DNA of 64,000 bases from Pristiophorus japonicus. Taxonomy: Eukaryota. The stretch spans positions 146,940,001 through 147,004,000 of the forward strand of contig NC_091984.1 in the NCBI RefSeq assembly GCF_044704955.1, read 5' to 3'. This document shows positions 24,419-37,767 of this stretch, one piece after another; the first letter of the stretch is position 1, and every line of letters starts with the position of its first letter. A model generated the notes under the pieces. That model was not told the DNA's origin, searched no databases, and was given only the letters and a program-made list of their open reading frames with translations. The position numbers and the translations under genes were made by a program.

Positions 24419-24822
24419 TCATCTAAATCTATCAGCATAACCCTCGATTCCCTTCTCCCTCATATCGCTGTCTAGCCTCCCCTTAAATACATCGATACTA
24501 TTCACTTCAATCACTCCCTGTGGTAGCGAGTTCCACATTCTCACCACTTGCTGGGTAAAGAATTTTCTCCTGAATTTCCGATTGGATTTCTTGCTGACTA
24601 TCTTACATTGATGGCCTCTAGTTCTGCTCTTCCCCACAAGTGGAAACACTCTCTCTGTATCCACTCTATCAAAACCTTTCCGAATGTTAAAGACCTCTAT
24701 CAGGTCACCCCTCAGCCTCAAGAGAAAAGAGCCCCAGCCTGTTCATCCTTTCCTGATATGTACACCCTCGCATTTCTGGTCCCATCCTTGTAAACCTTCT
24801 CTGCACCCTCTCCAGTGCCTGT
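24419..24822 (-). mobile_element. CR1 3' fragment
   Basis: RLRGDLIEVF...FFTQ..V..WNSLP ORF2 C-terminus. Confidence 0.85.
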
Positions 24823-25382
24823 GTATGGGTTATATAATATGGTGGGGAGCTGCGGTGAATGAAAGGGTTAATTGAAGAGTGCTGTGTATGACAGGGAGCC
24901 CGGCTGTATTCCTTGACCCACATTCCCCCTTCACCCAGCAAAGTATAAGTGACGAACTGTTACCCACCGTGTGGAGGAGATCTGGACGTTGGCACACTGC
25001 GGTCCCATCCCTGCACCATCCCCGGAAATCGCTCCCGAGCCTCCTGCCTGTCTCAGTGTGACAGACACGGTGTGTGAGACACGGGCAGAGTGTGGGTGTG
25101 AGTGAGTGAGCTCGCTGGGGGCAGTCTGTGCTCCTGTCACAGTCTCTGATATAACTGAGCTCAGCCTCAGCACACTGACACTCCCGAGGTCCTGCCTCCC
25201 CCAACTCCAACTCTGATATTTCCAGCCCCCGCTCACCTCCTGTCCAACTTCTGATCGCAAACAGGGGCAGCAGGGCTCGCAATCCGGCAGCTGCAGTGCT
25301 CCAGGGTTGTGGGGAGACTCTCAGTTGCTGTTTCTGTGGCTCGAGTTCAGGCCGATATTTATCCCTCGAACTACATCGCTTA

Positions 25383-27090
25383 AACATAGAAACATAGAAA
25401 ATAGGAGCAGTAGTAGGCCATTCGGCCCTTCGAGTCTGCACCGCCATTCAATATGATCATGGCTGTTCCTCTATCTCAACACCATATTCCCGCTTTTTCC
25501 CCATACCCCTTGATGCCTTTTGTTTCTAGAAATCCATCTATTTGCCTCTTAAATATATTCAGTGACTTGGCCTCCACAGCCTTCTGTAGTAGAGAATTCC
25601 ACAGATTCACCACGCTCTGAGTGAAAACATTTCTCCTCATCTCATTTGTAAATTTCCTACCTCGTATCCTGAGACTGTGACTCCTTGTTCTAGACTTCCC
25701 AGCCCGGGAAAACATCCTCCCCACATCCAGTCTGTCCAAACCAGTCAGAATTTTATACGTTTCAATGAGATCATCTCTCACTCTTCTAAACTCTAGTGTA
25801 TACAGGCCTAATCGACCCAATCACTCTTCATACGACAGTCCTGCCCATCTCAGGAATCAATCTGGTGAAACTTCGCTGCACTCCGTCTATGGCAAGTATA
25901 TCCTTTCTTAGGTAAGGAGACCAAAACTGCACACAATACTCCAGGTGCAGTCTCACCAAGGCCCTGTAGTAAGACATCCTTGCTCCTGTACTCAAATCCT
26001 CTTGTGATGAAGGCCAACATACCATTTGCCTTCTTAACTGCTTGCTGCACCTGCCTGTTTGCTTTCACTGACTGGTGTACAAGGACGCCTAGGTCCTTCT
26101 GTCCATCGACACTTCCCAAGTTATCACCATTTAAATAATACTTTGTCCTTATGTTTTTCCTACCAAAGTGAGTAACTTCACATTTATCCACAATATGTTA
26201 CATCTGCCATGTGTTTGCTCACTCACTCAACTGATCTAAATCGTCTTGCAGTGTCTTTGCATCTGCACACAACTCACAATCCCACCTAATTTTGTGTCGT
26301 CAGCAGACTTGGAAATATAACATTTGGTTCCCTCATCCAAATCATTTATTTATATGTGTATATATCTGGGGCCCAAGCACTGATCCCTGTGGTACCCCAC
26401 TTGTCACTGCCCGCCACCCTGAAACACACCCATTTATTCCGACTGTTTCCTGTCAGTTAACCAATTTTCAATCCATGCCAATACACTACCCCCAATCCTA
26501 TGTGCTTTAATTTTGCACACTAACCTCTTATGTAGGATTTTTATCAAAGGCCTTTTGAAAATCCAAATACACTACATCCACTGGTTATCCCTTATCTATT
26601 CTGTCAGTTGCATCCTCCAAAAACTCCAGTAGATTTGTCAAACATGAATTTCCTTTCATAAATCCATGTTGACTTTGTTTAATCCCGTTGATATTATCTA
26701 AGTGTGCCGTTATCACATCCTTTATAATAGACTCTAGCATCTTCCCTACTACTGATGTCAGGATAACCGGTCTGTAGTTCCCTGTTTTCTCTCTCCCTCC
26801 TTTTTTTTAATAGTGGGGTTACATTTGCCACCCGACAATCTGCAGGAACTGTTCCATAATCTATAGAATTTTGAAAGATGACAACCAATGCATCTACTAT
26901 TTCCATGGCTACCTCTTTTTTAGTAGTCTGGGATGCAGATCATCAGGCCCTGGGGATTTATCGGCCTTCAGTCCCATTAGTTTCTCCAGCTCTATTTTGT
27001 TATGAACAATCGTTTCCTTTAATTCCTCTTGCTCACTCGACCTTAGGTTCCCGAGCATTTCTTGGACGTTATTTGTATCCTCTTCCATGA
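25383..27090 (-). mobile_element. CR1 fragment (RT to 3' tail)
   Basis: ACATAGAA tail and degenerate RT ORFs. Confidence 0.9.
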
Positions 27091-27094
27091 AGAG

Positions 27095-27260
27095 GTCATT
27101 CAACTCATTGCCATGTGTGGGAGCTTGCTGTGCACAAATTGGTTGCCTTGTTTCTCACATTACAACAGTGACTACACTTAAAAATGTACTTCATTGGCTG
27201 TGAAGCACTTTGGGACCTCCTCAGGTGTGAAAGGTGCTATATAATTGCAGGTCTTTCTTT
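27095..27260 (+). mobile_element. SINE 3' part with an L2-like tail
   Basis: Ends ...CACTTTGGGAC...AAAGGTGCTATATAATTGCAGGTCTTTCTTT. Confidence 0.55.
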
Positions 27261-27357
27261 AATTTGGCATTTCTTTTTATTAACTGGGACTCGCACAATT
27301 CCCCTGCTGATTAAACTTGGACCCAGCAGAAAATCCCCAGAACACGGACTAATGTTC

Positions 27358-29060
27358 CATAAGAACATTAGGAGCAGGAGGAGGCAATTCGGCCCCTCGA
27401 GCCTGCTCCGCCATTCAATAAGATCATGGCTGATCATTCCCTCAGTACTCCTTTCCTGCTTTCTCTCCATACCTCTTGATCCCCTTTGCCGTAAGGGCCA
27501 TATCTAACTCCCTCTTGAATATATCTAATGAACTGGCATCAACAAATCTCTGTGGCAGGGAATTCCACAGGTTAACAACTCTCTGAGTGAAGAAGTTTCT
27601 CCTCATCTCAGTCCTAAATGGCTTACCCCTTATCCTAAGACTGTGTCCCCTGTTTCTGGACTTCACCAACATCGGGAACATTCTTCCTGCATCTATCCTG
27701 TCCAGTCCCGTCAGAATTTTATATGTTTTTGTGAGATCCCCTCTCATCCTTCCAAACTCCAGTGAATAAAGGCCCAGTTGATCCAGTCTCTCCTCATATG
27801 ACAGCCCAGCCATCCCTGGAATCAGTCTGGTGAACCTTCCCTGCACTCCCTCAATAGCAAGAACATCCTTCCTCAGACTAGGCGACTAAAACTGAACACA
27901 ATATTCCAGGTGAGGCCTCACTAAGGTCCTGTACAGCTGCATTAAGACCTCGCTGCTTCTATATTCAAATCCCCCAGCTATGAAGGCCAACATACCATTT
28001 GCCTTCTTTACCGCCTGCTGTACCAGCGTGCCCACTTTCAGTGACTGATGAACCATGACACCCAGGGTCTCGTTGCACCTCCCCTTTTCCCTAGTTTGCT
28101 GTCATTCAGATAATATTCTGCCTTTGTGTTTTTGCCCCCAAAATGGATAACCTCACATTTATCCACATTATACTGCATCTGCAATTTAATTGCCCACTCA
28201 CCTAACCTGTCCAAGTCACCCTGCTGCCTTTTAGCATCCGCCTCACAGCTCACACCGCCACCCAGTTTAGTGTCATCCGCAAACTTGGAGATATTACACT
28301 CTATTCCTTCATCTAAATCGTTAATGTACATTGTAAAGAGCTGGGGTCCCAGCACTGAGCCCTGCGGCACTCCACTAGTCACTGCCTGCCATTCTGAAAA
28401 GGACCCATTTATCCTGACTCCCTTCTTCCTGTCAACCAACCAGTTCCCTATCCACGTCAGTATATTACCCCCAATACCATGTGCTTTGATTTTGCACACC
28501 AATCCCTTGTGTGGGACCTTGTCAAAAGACTTTTGAAAGTCCAAATACACCACATCCACTGGTTCTCCCTTGTCCACTCTGCTAGTTACATCCTCAAAAA
28601 ATTCCAGAAGATTCGTCAAGCATGATTTCCCTTTCATAAATCCATGCTGACTTGGTCTGATCCTATCACTGCTTTCCAAATGCGCTGCGATTTCATCCTT
28701 AATGATTGATTCCAACATTTTCCCCACTACTGATGTCAGGCTAACTGGTCTATAATTACCTGTTTTATCTTTCCCTCCTTTTAAAAAAAAGTGGTGTTAC
28801 ATTAGCTATCCTCCAGTCCATAGGAACTGATCCAGAGTCGATAGACTGTTGGAAAATGATCACCAATGCATCCACTATTTCTAGGGCCACTTCCTTGAGT
28901 ACTCTGGGATGCAGACTATCAGGCCCCGGGGATTTATCGGCCTTCAATCCCATCAATTTCCCGCCTATTAAGGATATCCTTCAGTTCCTCCTTCTCACTA
29001 GACCCACTGTCACCTAGTACCTTCGGAAGGTTATTTGTATCTTCCCTCATGAAGACAGAA
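27358..29060 (-). mobile_element. CR1 fragment (RT to 3' tail)
   Basis: 229-aa RT ORF with KFADD. Confidence 0.9.
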
Positions 29061-31863
29061 CCGCGGAGGGGAGGGTTCTCAGGGGACCAGGGTGGGGGAT
29101 GGCGGTCGCTGAGTGGGCTCGGGGACCAGGGCACCAGCCAGTCGCCACTCTGCACACACTCTGTTCCCTCTGTGTCTCAGTCCAGTGTTGCAGTGAGGAG
29201 TTTAGGATCTGAGGCTCAGGCTGGTTCTCCGGCACCATCAACGCCCTGTTGGGTAAGGGTCTTAAGGGTTAAGAACATAAGAAATAGGAGCAGGAGTCGG
29301 CAACCTGGCCCCTCAGCCTGCTCCGCCATTTAATAAGATCATGGCTGATCTGATCTTGGACATAGCTCCACTTCCCTGCCCGCTCCCCATAACTCTTTAT
29401 TCCCTTATCGCTCAAAAATCTGTCTATCTCCACCTTAAATATAATCAAAATCCAGCCTACACAGCTCTCTAGGGCAGAGATTTCCACAGATTTACAAGCC
29501 TCTGAGAGAAGAAATTCCTCCTAAACTCAGTTTTAAATGGACAGCCCCTTATTCTGAGACTATGACCCCGAGTACTATTTTCGCCTATGAGTGTAAATAT
29601 CCTCACTGCATCCACCTTGTCACCCTCTCATTATCTTATATGTTTCGATAAAATCACCTCTCGTTTTTCTGAACTCCAATGATTATAGGCCTAACCTACT
29701 CAACCTATCCTCATAAATCAACCCCCTCATCTCCAGAATCAATCTAGTGAACCTTCTCTGAACTGCTGCCAATGCAAGTATATCCTTTCTTAAGTATGGA
29801 TACCAAAACTGTACACAGTACTCCAGGTGTGGCCTCACCAATACCCTGTATAGATGTAGCAGGGTTTCTCTGCTTTTATACTCTATCCCCCTTGCAATTA
29901 AGGCCAAATTTCATTTGACTTCCTGATTATTGCTGTAACCGCATACTAACTTTTTGTGTTTTATGCACAAGGTCCCCTTTGCAATTTTTCTCCATTTAAA
30001 AATTAATTTGCTTTCCTCTTCATTCTGCCAAAGTGGAAAACCTCACATTTTCCCACATTACACTCTGTAAGGGGTGGTTTGCAGGGGGTCAGCTTTCCCT
30101 TCTGACCTTATATGAACGGTTCTGAATCGCTCCCACACCCTTGGTTCTAGACACTGGAATTATGAAGGGACTGTGACAGACTTGGACAGACAATCGGTTT
30201 CAAGGTCGGAAGCAGGTATGTCTTTATTGTGTTTACAAAGAAGTAAAAGGCATACCTTTAATAACACACACAGACCAATACACACTGAGGGGTACAACAC
30301 ATTGAATAAATTGTACAATTACAGTCTGTGGGGAAAAGAATACAGCTTAAACTCTAAATGGGGTAAAAAGGCGAATGCAGATACATTTACACAAGTTATC
30401 CCAGCCTCCCTCCTCCCAATTCCCCTAACTAACTAAGTTATAGCTCTGTGGGGTTCAGGGGCTATACTCACCAATCCCTTTTGACAGCTGCCCGTGAATC
30501 GTGGTTTCGGGGTTCGCTGCACTTGGCCTTCTAGGCGAGCCGTACCCCGGTCGGAGGAGAGGACTTCGGACTGCCTAGTCTTCGGTTGGGGTGTGCCCGT
30601 TGATGCGGTAAGTTGCGTTTTGGATGTATGGGGTAAGTACCCACTTTCTTTGGTTAGGAATAGTTTAGTTAGTCCCTTTTGGTAATTTCTCACCCGTTGG
30701 TCATTCCGAAGTAGATTGTAGAGTGGAAATAAATGTCGATTCTTCGGTTTTTGTTGAGTTGGTTTTGGTTGGTCGTTTCGCTGGTTGTGGTGGCCCGGGT
30801 TGTCAATTTGGTTGCTGACAACCTTCCGTTTCGTGGACCTCGTGCTCGGTCAGTTCTTGATGAATTCTAGTAGTTTCCTTCACTGCTCCATTTCTTCACT
30901 CCCCACCTCCGGCTGTCTGTGTCTGTGTTCCAGTCTGTGCTCTGCTTCTCTCCTGTCTTCTGCTAGTTTCTGTGTTCTGCTAGTCTGCGTGCTGCTCCTT
31001 GCTGGTCTTTCCTTGTAAAACTGGGGGATAGATATATTCCAAAAAAAGGCTCTGTTATCTCCCATCAAATCTCTTGGGCTCTGTTTAAACTGTACTGTCC
31101 ACTGATTTTCAAATGTCTCCTTTGTCAGCAGTAACTCGATTAGGGTGTGAGAATGTGCTCTCACTGGTTTTGCATTGTTTTAGAATTGTCCAGTTTCTTG
31201 ACCATGATTTCCATTGTGCTTGATTGGGTAATTCGATTATCTCTTAGAGGGTGAATAGTTCCCCCAGACAGTCTGGGGTCTTTAATACACGAATTTGGCC
31301 CCACCTCCTGTATTTGGTAACTCTCTTTTTTTTTGCAGCCAAAATGTTGTAGAATCTTAAAATTGATATGCTCCTTCCCATAGATGTTTAGGGGATCTCA
31401 AGCTTCTGTAATTTAGGTCCATTTTGAATTCCCTTTCCTATGAGTCCAAACACTGGGGGGGGGTCTCCATGAATGCATCCCCTTTTATCCCCCGCAGGCT
31501 TCGTCTGCCCCTTTAAACTCATTTTAAAAGCCCAGAAAGGGATTCTTCTCCTCTGTAGGGGAAAGGTACCTGGAATCTTTGCGAGATATTGGTAAATTCT
31601 ACATTCCCCCCTGTGATACCATATCACTTATGGTATCATTCTTCGAGGTGAGCAAAGTTCCTGACTCCCAAGAGATAACCTTCCCCATAAATTAGCTAAA
31701 CTAATACCCAAAATGCATTACACTTATGCAACATATCCATAGATGCACACTTTTCCCTTTACAGGTACAAACCTTTTACATTTATACCCTCCCAGCTTGG
31801 AGGGGGTTCAATCACTACAATTGTATTTCAGCACAGTTACATTTCATTTCAGTTACATTATAT

Positions 31864-33708
31864 TCACCAGCCGGTGTCATAGGAGTCCCAGAACTTTCCC
31901 ATGCGGGCACCTTCTTTGGCCAGTTTGTCAGCCTGTTGGTTTCCCTCTGCACGGGGTTCGGTTTTTGAATGGGCCTTCACCTTATGTATGTCGACCTTTT
32001 CCTCTTCCCCCACTGCTGTCATGATTTTCTCCAGCAGGGGCTTGATTGCCAGGGGTCTCCCATCAGCGGACGTGTATCCGCGACGGGACCAGATAGCCAG
32101 GTACTCCGTACATGAATTGCAGGTGAACATACTGTCCGAGCAAATCATGTACGGGGTAGGGAATTCCTCGGGGTGGGTCACCACGTACATTATGACGGAC
32201 AGTTCAGCATGCTGGACGCTCATGGTGCTGGGGAGCTTGATTGCCAGGGCAATACCTGCCCTTGGGTCATAGACTCCGCACCCAGTGAGTCGCTCGTCAG
32301 CAGATACCGTGCTGGACCCGTCCACGTAGATGTCCCGGCCTGTAGGGTGTAACCCCGCCCGAAGGCCAATGTTCACCTCCCATACCCCTTCTATGGAGCA
32401 CCTGTGGGCTTTCCCTGGATAGATTAGGTTGGCTGCGAGCCTTGGCTCGCGGGGGCCTTCTACTCTGAGGTCCATCTGGGAGAGGAGCAGGGTCCAGCGA
32501 GCAATGCGGGCACTGCTCACCGTCCCGTCCTTAATCCTCCCATCTAGGAGCATCTGAGTAGGTGTGTGGTGGGTTAGGAGTGTTAGAGGAGACCCTCTTG
32601 TGAAGATCAAGGATCTTTTCACTGCCCAATGTGTGGCTAGGAGGTGTCTCTCACAGTTGGAGTACCCCTTCTCCACATCTGTGAGGATCCTGGAGGAGTA
32701 AACCACCGGTCTCAGTTGGCCGTGCCGCTCTTGAAGCAGCACTGAGCTCAAACTGTCCCCGCTGGCTGCCACCTCCAGGAAAAACTCCTTTCCTACATCT
32801 ATCGCTCCTAAGGCTGGCGCGGTCTGCAAGTCCTTCTTGAGCTGATTAAATGCTGCCTCGCAACCCTCATCCCAGTCCCACTCTACACCCTTGTGTAGGA
32901 GCCTGAGCAGAGGGGCTGCGGTGGCTGCATAATCCTCAATGAAGTCTCTGCAGTACCCGGTGAGTCCGAGAAAGGATCTTACCCCTGTCACTGTGTTGGG
33001 GGCTGGTAACTCCTGTACTGCCTCCCTTCTAGCCTTATCTATGGCCCTTTCCCCAGCGCGCACAGTCAGCCCCAGGAATTTGACTTCTTTCTGGCCGATC
33101 TGTGCCTTCTTGGGATTTACTTTAAACCCTTCTTCTTTTAGCAGCTCCAGCAGCTCAGCCAACAGTGGGCCATGCTCCTCCCCCTGATCGGTGAACAGAA
33201 GCAGGTCATCCACATACTGCACCAACTGCTGGGGTCTGCTAAAGCCCTTTAAACAGTTCGCCATACATTGGTGAAAAATGCTGGAGCTGTTGTGGAAGCC
33301 TTGGGGAAGACAGTTCCACGTGTATTGTTGGCCCTTAAAAGTAAAGGCGAACTTGTACTGGTCCTCCCGTTTTAAAGAAATGGACCAGAACCCACTTGAT
33401 ATATCCAGCACCGTGAAAGTGGTCGCGGATGCTGGAATACTCCCTATGAGATCCGCTACGGCTGCTACAGTGGGTGCACAGGCAGGGATATTCTTATTTA
33501 GTACTCGATAGTCCACGGTGGCCCTCCATGAGTTGTCCGGTTTCTTAACCGGCCACAGTGGAGAGTTCACATGGATTGATATCGGTCTTAACACCCCTTG
33601 CTCTACCAGTGATCCCAACACCGTTGTCAGGTCTGCGTCTGCCTCCCTGGGGAAGTTATATTGCTTTTGTGGCCGGGTCATGGGGTCCCCTACTATACTA
33701 ACTTCCAC
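31864..33708 (-). CDS. pol: RT, degenerate RNase H (tether) and second RNase H; open for 614 aa
   Basis: NSPLWPVKK, LDISSGFW, LPQGFHNS, YVDD; a Ty3-like RH lacking catalytic Asp residues; then YVDGS...HAEL...SDS...KVKAH...GNQQAD. Confidence 0.92.
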   Translation of the reverse strand: MEVSIVGDPMTRPQKQYNFPREADADLTTVLGSLVEQGVLRPISIHVNSPLWPVKKPDNSWRATVDYRVLNKNIPACAPTVAAVADLIGSIPASATTFTVLDISSGFWSISLKREDQYKFAFTFKGQQYTWNCLPQGFHNSSSIFHQCMANCLKGFSRPQQLVQYVDDLLLFTDQGEEHGPLLAELLELLKEEGFKVNPKKAQIGQKEVKFLGLTVRAGERAIDKARREAVQELPAPNTVTGVRSFLGLTGYCRDFIEDYAATAAPLLRLLHKGVEWDWDEGCEAAFNQLKKDLQTAPALGAIDVGKEFFLEVAASGDSLSSVLLQERHGQLRPVVYSSRILTDVEKGYSNCERHLLATHWAVKRSLIFTRGSPLTLLTHHTPTQMLLDGRIKDGTVSSARIARWTLLLSQMDLRVEGPREPRLAANLIYPGKAHRCSIEGVWEVNIGLRAGLHPTGRDIYVDGSSTVSADERLTGCGVYDPRAGIALAIKLPSTMSVQHAELSVIMYVVTHPEEFPTPYMICSDSMFTCNSCTEYLAIWSRRGYTSADGRPLAIKPLLEKIMTAVGEEEKVDIHKVKAHSKTEPRAEGNQQADKLAKEGARMGKFWDSYDTGW

Positions 33709-34285
33709 CCCCCGTTACCCTACCAAAGTCATGTTTGTGGGTGGCGAATGCTGCAAGGTGTGCCCGTACATAAGCCTGGTACTCCACTGGGGTGTTACTG
33801 ACCAGTAATTCCAAGTCATAACCCTCCTTTGGCTTCACGGTACACAATGTTTCCTTGGCCCCTTTTTCTGGGATCACTGCCACCTCACCTTCCCTGTCAG
33901 TCACTATGGCGCCCCATAGACAATGGTTCCTGAGATCCACTAGGATCTGGTGGCCAATGATAAAATCAGCTCCCAGGATCCCTTTTCCCTTCTGCTGTCA
34001 TTTCATCAGGACACACTTCCATTTGGTTTTGAGTGTACCTAACTGAATGGTGAGCGGGATGGAAAATGAACCAGTTTGCTCATTGCCTGTGAACCCCACT
34101 AGACTGTACGGGACCCCGTTCGATAGAGGTGAGGTAGCTGGGTTATCTGCATATACAAGGGTGCTGGAAGCAGCAGTATCTAGCAGGTAGGTCCCTTTCA
34201 CTTTCTCCACCTCCATCGTAACGCACGGTCTCTTCCAGGCATCGTACTCTAGGGAACACAGGTGCACAGGCTGCACTGGCCTTAG
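33709..34285 (-). pseudogene. pro: Aspartic protease of C (one stop, frameshift before RT)
   Basis: YLLDTAAS and ILGADF motifs. Confidence 0.8.
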
Positions 34286-36046
34286 TCATGCATCTGGGTG
34301 GGTTGGAGCAGATGGTTTTACCGTACTGACTGCTGGACCGGTTGCGATGGCGACTGCTCCCTGTCCGTTTATGAGTGTCTGTAGGGCGGCTACGAGTGTC
34401 TCATATGTGTCGGGTGTTCCTGCCCTGGCCTTACAGGCTGGGGCTGGAGTGGCCTTTCCCTTAGTCTCTTTCCAGGGGTTCCTACAATCCTTCCTCCAGT
34501 GCCCACTTTTCCCACACCCAAAACACTCGCCCCCTTTGTGGGGAGGGTTCCCACCTTCCTGATGCAACTCTCTCTTGCCTTAGCTGGGTTTAATCTCATG
34601 GACCCTCCCTTTAGAGGAGGGCTCCTCTGTCCCTCTACTGTTCCGGTAAGCCAGTGTCAACTGTCTGACCACTGTCTACTCGGTGGTTCTGGGATCTCTT
34701 GGATCGAACCAGACCTTGGCTTTTGCCTTTACTCCAGGTAAGCTGTTTGCCACCAGGCTGCGGAGCCAGTGAGCCAGCTCGTTAGGGTTCAGGTGGGCCC
34801 GGTCAAGAACCCCACTGCAGGCCCTTTCGTAGACCGGCCACAACCTGTCGACGAAAGCCTGTGGAGTCTCCCCATCGAGCTGCACTGTTTTCTCCACTCG
34901 GGAGAAAGGACTCCCGTCGTTCATACCCATGGCCTCTAGAACCTCCTCCTTAACCGTAGCGTACGTGTTTCGCCCCTTTCTGCTGTCTGCAGAGAGGGAA
35001 TGGCACAGCTTGGTGTCTAGTGAGAAGAGCAACAGCTTAGCCTGCTCCGAATCATCGCACCCGTTAATATCCCCTGTGTGTTCCACTTCCAGGAAGTGTA
35101 CCGAGGGATCCCCCTGTTGGGTGAGCTTACTTAGGTGACCTATCATAGCCCTCAGTTTTTGGGTGTCGTGAGGGACTACGAAGTTGCTTTCTAGGGGTCC
35201 TGCTGCCCCATTTGCATCAGGCGGGCCAAACTTCTGCTGCCGGACCGGGTGCATTGGCCCTGGTTCCGGCCCTTCTTGTATTGGTTCGCCCTCTTCCCCC
35301 TGCTGCCAAGCCGAGTTAAAACTCGGGGCTGCCGGTGTTGGTCGTTTGCAATCCTTGCCTGCCCCGCACTCTGGCTGACACCCCTGCTGCTCCGGGCCGT
35401 TCCTGGGAGCTGCAGGCGGTGACTGAGGGATTTCTCCTTGCCCAACCAGGTATTCCTGGGCTAAACCCGGGTTTAACAGGCACACCATGCCTTTAGCCCG
35501 GGATAGAGCAAGGTTCAAGCTTTGGATCTGCTGCTGGCGGGGGCCGTGGTCTCCTGCCTCAAATTCCCTGGTACTGGCTACCTTATAGGCTACCTGAATG
35601 TCTCTTACCCTCTCCCCGTACTGTTTAACTTGCTTGGCGAGGCAGGAATTCTCTTCCCACAATGCCCCTTCGCTATTCTTGGCTTCAATAATCTGACACT
35701 GTAAAAGGCCCAGTTGGGTTTTGTGCCTTTCTTTTGTGAGCTCTCTACTTTCCTTTAACTGTCCCACCTCTGTCCACAGCCTTTCCCCGACTGTGGCCCT
35801 TGCGCTGGACCTCTCTTCTGCCTGTCTCAATATTCCCTTTAATTTCTCATTCTCCTCATCTAGAAGCCGGATCTGTTGCTGAAGGCAAATTAGCCAAATG
35901 GCCTTCTCTATCGACCTTTTATGGTCCTTGCTTTCGGTCCATTGAGCTGCAGCATCTTCTGGATGCTCAGCATACAATAGATCGAGTACCCACTCCTTAG
36001 CCACATTTACCCTCTTAAACACATACGAGGAAATCCCCTCTTCCAT
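34286..36046 (-). pseudogene. gag: gag of C with long N-terminal coiled coil, capsid-like region and CCHC knuckle
   Basis: 456-aa ORF with a heptad-rich region; after a stop and frameshift, CFGCGKSGHWRKDC. Confidence 0.85.
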
Positions 36047-36099
36047 TTTACTTCATTTCCTGAAACCAGTCTCTCTCTTATCACGTCCCTTGTACCAGT

Positions 36100-36117
36100 G
36101 TCCCATCTAGGTCGCCA
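36100..36117 (-). promoter_or_regulatory. Primer binding site, tRNA-Arg (CCG-type)
   Basis: TGGCGACCTAGATGGGAC, one mismatch to the complement of the tRNA-Arg(CCG) 3' end as recalled. Confidence 0.75.
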
Positions 36118-37767
36118 TTATGTAAGGGTTGGTTTGCAGGGGGTCAGCTTTCCCTTCTGACCTTATATGAGCGGTTCCGAATCGCTCCCACACCCTTGGT
36201 TCTCGACACTGGAATTATGAAGGGACTGTGACAGACTTGGACAGACAATCGGTTTCAAGGTAGGAAGCAGGTATGTCTTTATTGTGTTTACAAAGAAGTA
36301 AAAGGCACACCTTTAATAACACACACAGACCAATACACACTGAGGGGTACAACACATTGAATAAATTGTCCAATTACAGTCTGTGGGGAAAAGAATACAG
36401 CTTAAACTCTAAATGGGGTAAAAAGGCGAATGCAGATACATTTACACAAGTTATCCCAGCCTCCCTCCTCCCAATTCCCCTAACTAACTAAGTTATAGCT
36501 CTGTGGGGTTCAGGGGCTATACTCACCAATCCCTTTTGACAGTTGCCGGTGAATCATGGTTTAGGGGTTCGCTGCACTTGGCCTTCTAGGCGAGCCGTAC
36601 CCCGGTCGGAGGAGAGGACTTCGGACTGCGTAGTCTTCGGTTGGGGTGCGTCCGTTGATGCGGTAAGCTGTGTTTTGGGTGTATGGGGTAAGTACCCACT
36701 TTCTTTGGTTAGGAATAGTTTAGTTAGTCCCTTTTGGTAATTTCTCACCCATTGGTCATTCCGAAGTCGATTGTCGAGTGGAAATAAATGTCGATTCTTC
36801 GGTTTTTGCTGAGTTGGTTTTGGTTGGTCGTTTCGCTGGTTGTGGTGGCCCGGGTTGTCAATTTGGTTGCTGACAACCTTCCGTTTCGTGGGCCTCGTGC
36901 TCAGTCGGTCCTTGATGAGTTCTTGTAGTTTCCTTCACTGCTCCATTTCTTCACTCCCCACCTCCGGCTGTCTGTGTCTGTGTTCCAGTCTGTGCTCTGC
37001 TTCTCTCCTGTCTTCTGCTAGTTTCTGTGTTCTGCTAGTCTGCGTGCTGCTCCTTGCTGGTCTTTCTTTGTAAAACTGGGGGATAGATATATTCCAAAAA
37101 AAGGCTCTGTTATCTTCCATCAAATCTCTTGGGCTCTGTTTAAACTGTACTGTCCACTGATTTTCAAATGTCTCCTTTGTCAACAGTAACTCGATTAGGG
37201 TGTGAGAATGTGCTATCAGTGGTTTTGCATTGTTTTAGAATTGTCCAGTTTCTTGACCATGATTTCCATTGTGCTTGATTGGGTAATTCGATTATCTCTT
37301 AGAGGGTGAATAGTTCCCCCAGACAGTCTGGGGTCTTTAATACACGAATTTGGCCCCACCTCCTGTATTTGGTAACTCTTGTTTTTTTTTGCAGCCAAAA
37401 TGTTGTAGAATCTTAAAATTGATATGCTCCTTCCCATAGATGTTTAGGGGATCTCAAGCTTCTGTAATTTAGGTCCATTTTGAATTCCCTTTCCTATGAG
37501 TCCAAACACTGGGGGGGGGGGGGTGGGGGGTCTCCATGAATGAATCCCCTTTTATCCCCCGCAGGCTTCGTCTGCCCCTTTAAACTCATTTTAAAAGCCC
37601 AGAAAGGGATTCTTCTCCTCTGTAGGGGAAAGGTACCTGGAATCTTTGCGAGATATTGGTAAATTCTACAACTCCATCTGCCAATTTTGTGCCCATTCAC
37701 TTAGCTGGTCTATATCCCTTTACAGACTATTTGTGTCCTCCTCACAATTTGCTTTCCCACCCATCTT

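Larger units (their letters stand above)
30066..37670 (-). mobile_element. Provirus C: lokiretrovirus-like LTR element lacking integrase and env
   Basis: Near-identical LTRs 36121-37670 (5') and 30066-31603 (3'), 4-bp TSD ACTC, PBS 36100-36117, PPT AGGGGGGAA at 31604-31612. Confidence 0.92.

Noticed and set aside
30173-31627. Short ORFs within C's long LTRs as accessory genes
   Set aside because: Short, on both strands, with no recognisable motifs; duplication merely reflects LTR identity.
1999-37670. A and C as two segments of a single bipartite virus
   Set aside because: LTRs and PBS (Ser vs Arg) are unrelated and neither encodes integrase; kept only as a complementation hypothesis.
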